A DNA stretch of 17,044 bases, from contig JAWCFL010000034.1 in NCBI GenBank assembly GCA_038858525.1, positions 1 through 17,044 of the forward strand. The letters are read 5' to 3'. This document shows positions 15,910-17,044 of the stretch, in pieces (the stretch's first letter is position 1; each line of letters begins with the position of its first letter). The position numbers and the translations under genes were made by a program. The stretch comes from Candidatus Jordarchaeales archaeon. GTDB lineage: Archaea; Asgardarchaeota; Jordiarchaeia; Jordiarchaeales; Freyrarchaeaceae. Under the pieces are notes generated by a model. It made no database searches and was not told the DNA's origin. It saw nothing but the letters and a program-made list of their open reading frames with translations.

Positions 15910-15926
15910 AAAAAAAGGTTTAAATA
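15910..15926 (+). promoter_or_regulatory. Putative BRE-TATA promoter for the last two genes
   Basis: AAAAAAAGG-TTTAAATA about 54 bp upstream of ATG 15980. Confidence 0.55.
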
Positions 15927-15979
15927 CTCTTTTAAAATTAAAAATAGGGGAAATACTTATTGTTTGGGAGGCTGAGGGA

Positions 15980-16351
15980 ATGATGTTCGACGTGCCTCAA
16001 CTGCTAGTTTACTTCGCATGCATAGGGCTGTCGCTTCTCATGGCGGTAGTAGGATCGGTGCTCGGGCTGGGAGAAGTCACAGCGAAGGGAAAAGTTACAA
16101 CTAATTCTCCAGTGGAGATAATTAAGGGAATAGGCCCCGGGAGGGCTAAGCTGCTCAAGGAGCACGGCGTGAAAACTGTCGGCGACCTTCTGAACGCTGA
16201 CCCAAAGAAGCTTGGCAGTGAAATAAAAGGGGTCTCGTCCGACCAAATAATGAAGTGGCAGGAAGAAGCTAGAGAAGCAATGAAAGGAGTTAAGAAAGAG
16301 GAAAAGAAGGAAGCTAAGAAGGAAGCTACAAGAAGGAAAGGGGGGAAGTAA
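15980..16351 (+). CDS. Membrane-anchored helix-hairpin-helix protein (DUF4332-like) with a Lys/Glu-rich tail
   Basis: N-terminal hydrophobic helix, then IKGIGPGRAKLLKEHGVKTVGDLLNAD...IMKWQEEA. Likely start is ATG 15980 after GAGG (track start 15875). Confidence 0.8.
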   Translation: MMFDVPQLLVYFACIGLSLLMAVVGSVLGLGEVTAKGKVTTNSPVEIIKGIGPGRAKLLKEHGVKTVGDLLNADPKKLGSEIKGVSSDQIMKWQEEAREAMKGVKKEEKKEAKKEATRRKGGK

Positions 16352-16978
16352 ATGCAGAAGTATACTCACATAATTGTTGGGGCGACTGCAGCCGCCCTCG
16401 TGATAGCCTTCGTATCACCTGAGCTAAAGGGCACTCTTCTCTCTCAGTTCCAGAACTTGATGAACCTTTCAAGGTATGGCTCCACATGGCAGGTTCAGCT
16501 TGCTCTTTCAGGCTCCGTCCCGGCGCTTGTCGCAGGCGGCTTCTTCGGCATATTACCCGACCTAGACCAGATTCTGAAAAGGGAGAAGGTGATGCATAGG
16601 AGCGGTCTCCTCCACAGCATTCTTACGCTCATATGGCTACCACTAGTAATAGGCTTCATAGTTCCACAGTACTTTGCTGTGGCGACGGCGGCTATCTTCT
16701 CTCACTGGTTCATCGACTCATTTAACCCGACTGGCGTGAGAACCCTGCCATACATTCTGCCGCGGAAACAGGAGAGCTTGAAGGACTTTCTTTGGAACCA
16801 TGAGAGAGACCTGCGCATCGCTAAACTGCGCTACGACAACCACGCGGTGAACGTTGTCCTCTGCGGCATATGCACTTTGGTAATAGCGTACTTCGCCCTC
16901 TCCTGGCAGGCTGAGGGAGGAGGCATACTTGGAAGTCTGCTGCCTCACATATCGCAGCTTCTAAACGTAACCCTCTAA
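16352..16978 (+). CDS. Membrane metal-dependent hydrolase (YdjM/DUF457 family)
   Basis: Motifs THIIVG, LPDLD, HRSGLLHS and SHWFIDSFNPTGV with intervening TM helices. It starts immediately after the upstream stop. Confidence 0.88.
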   Translation: MQKYTHIIVGATAAALVIAFVSPELKGTLLSQFQNLMNLSRYGSTWQVQLALSGSVPALVAGGFFGILPDLDQILKREKVMHRSGLLHSILTLIWLPLVIGFIVPQYFAVATAAIFSHWFIDSFNPTGVRTLPYILPRKQESLKDFLWNHERDLRIAKLRYDNHAVNVVLCGICTLVIAYFALSWQAEGGGILGSLLPHISQLLNVTL

Positions 16979-16985
16979 CATCCCA

Positions 16986-17000
16986 TTTTATTTTTCATTT
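16986..17000 (+). terminator. Possible archaeal T-rich terminator
   Basis: TTTTATTTTTCATTT directly after the stop at 16978. Confidence 0.35.
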
Positions 17001-17044
17001 GCCTGCGTATGATGGCGGATTGTACGCCTTGAAGCCGAGAAGCA

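Noticed and set aside
1-17044. Assignment of a CRISPR-Cas type, or presence of tRNA/rRNA/IS elements
   Set aside because: Only cas6 is present and it does not define type. No tRNA cloverleaf, rRNA, transposase, integrase or terminal inverted repeats were recognised.

Overview
This looks like an archaeal chromosomal window: it has GAGGTG/GGAGG Shine-Dalgarno motifs, BRE-TATA promoters, AGG-rich codons and hdrCBA. A thermophilic TACK/Asgard-type host is plausible, but the lineage cannot be fixed from sequence alone. The left ~9.2 kb is a decaying defence/accessory island containing: (i) a 4-repeat CRISPR array that an ORF reads straight into; (ii) a wHTH-AAA+ ATPase gene broken by an exact 37-bp duplication of its own coding sequence around a 39-bp foreign insert, which has the geometry of a single CRISPR spacer-acquisition event inside a gene; (iii) a frameshifted membrane-protein gene; (iv) an apparent operon of HTH-fused NurA-like protein lacking the usual catalytic residues, herA and cas6; (v) a third repeat-spacer-repeat unit behind cas6; (vi) a DUF3782-like pseudogene. 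The three repeat sequences are unrelated in their cores but have similar 3' ends (TTGAAAC/TTGAAAC/CTGATAC), and none has a recognisable leader. The best candidate for a novel system is therefore de novo CRISPR array birth inside protein-coding sequence, next to an unusual HTH-dNurA/HerA/Cas6 module. No cas1, cas2 or effector genes are in the window. The right ~8 kb is ordinary: hdrC-hdrB-hdrA(+MvhD fusion), a cyclase/KynB-family hydrolase, a membrane-anchored metallophosphoesterase, a TM-HhH protein and a YdjM-family hydrolase. All family assignments come from motifs read by eye; no database searches were run.
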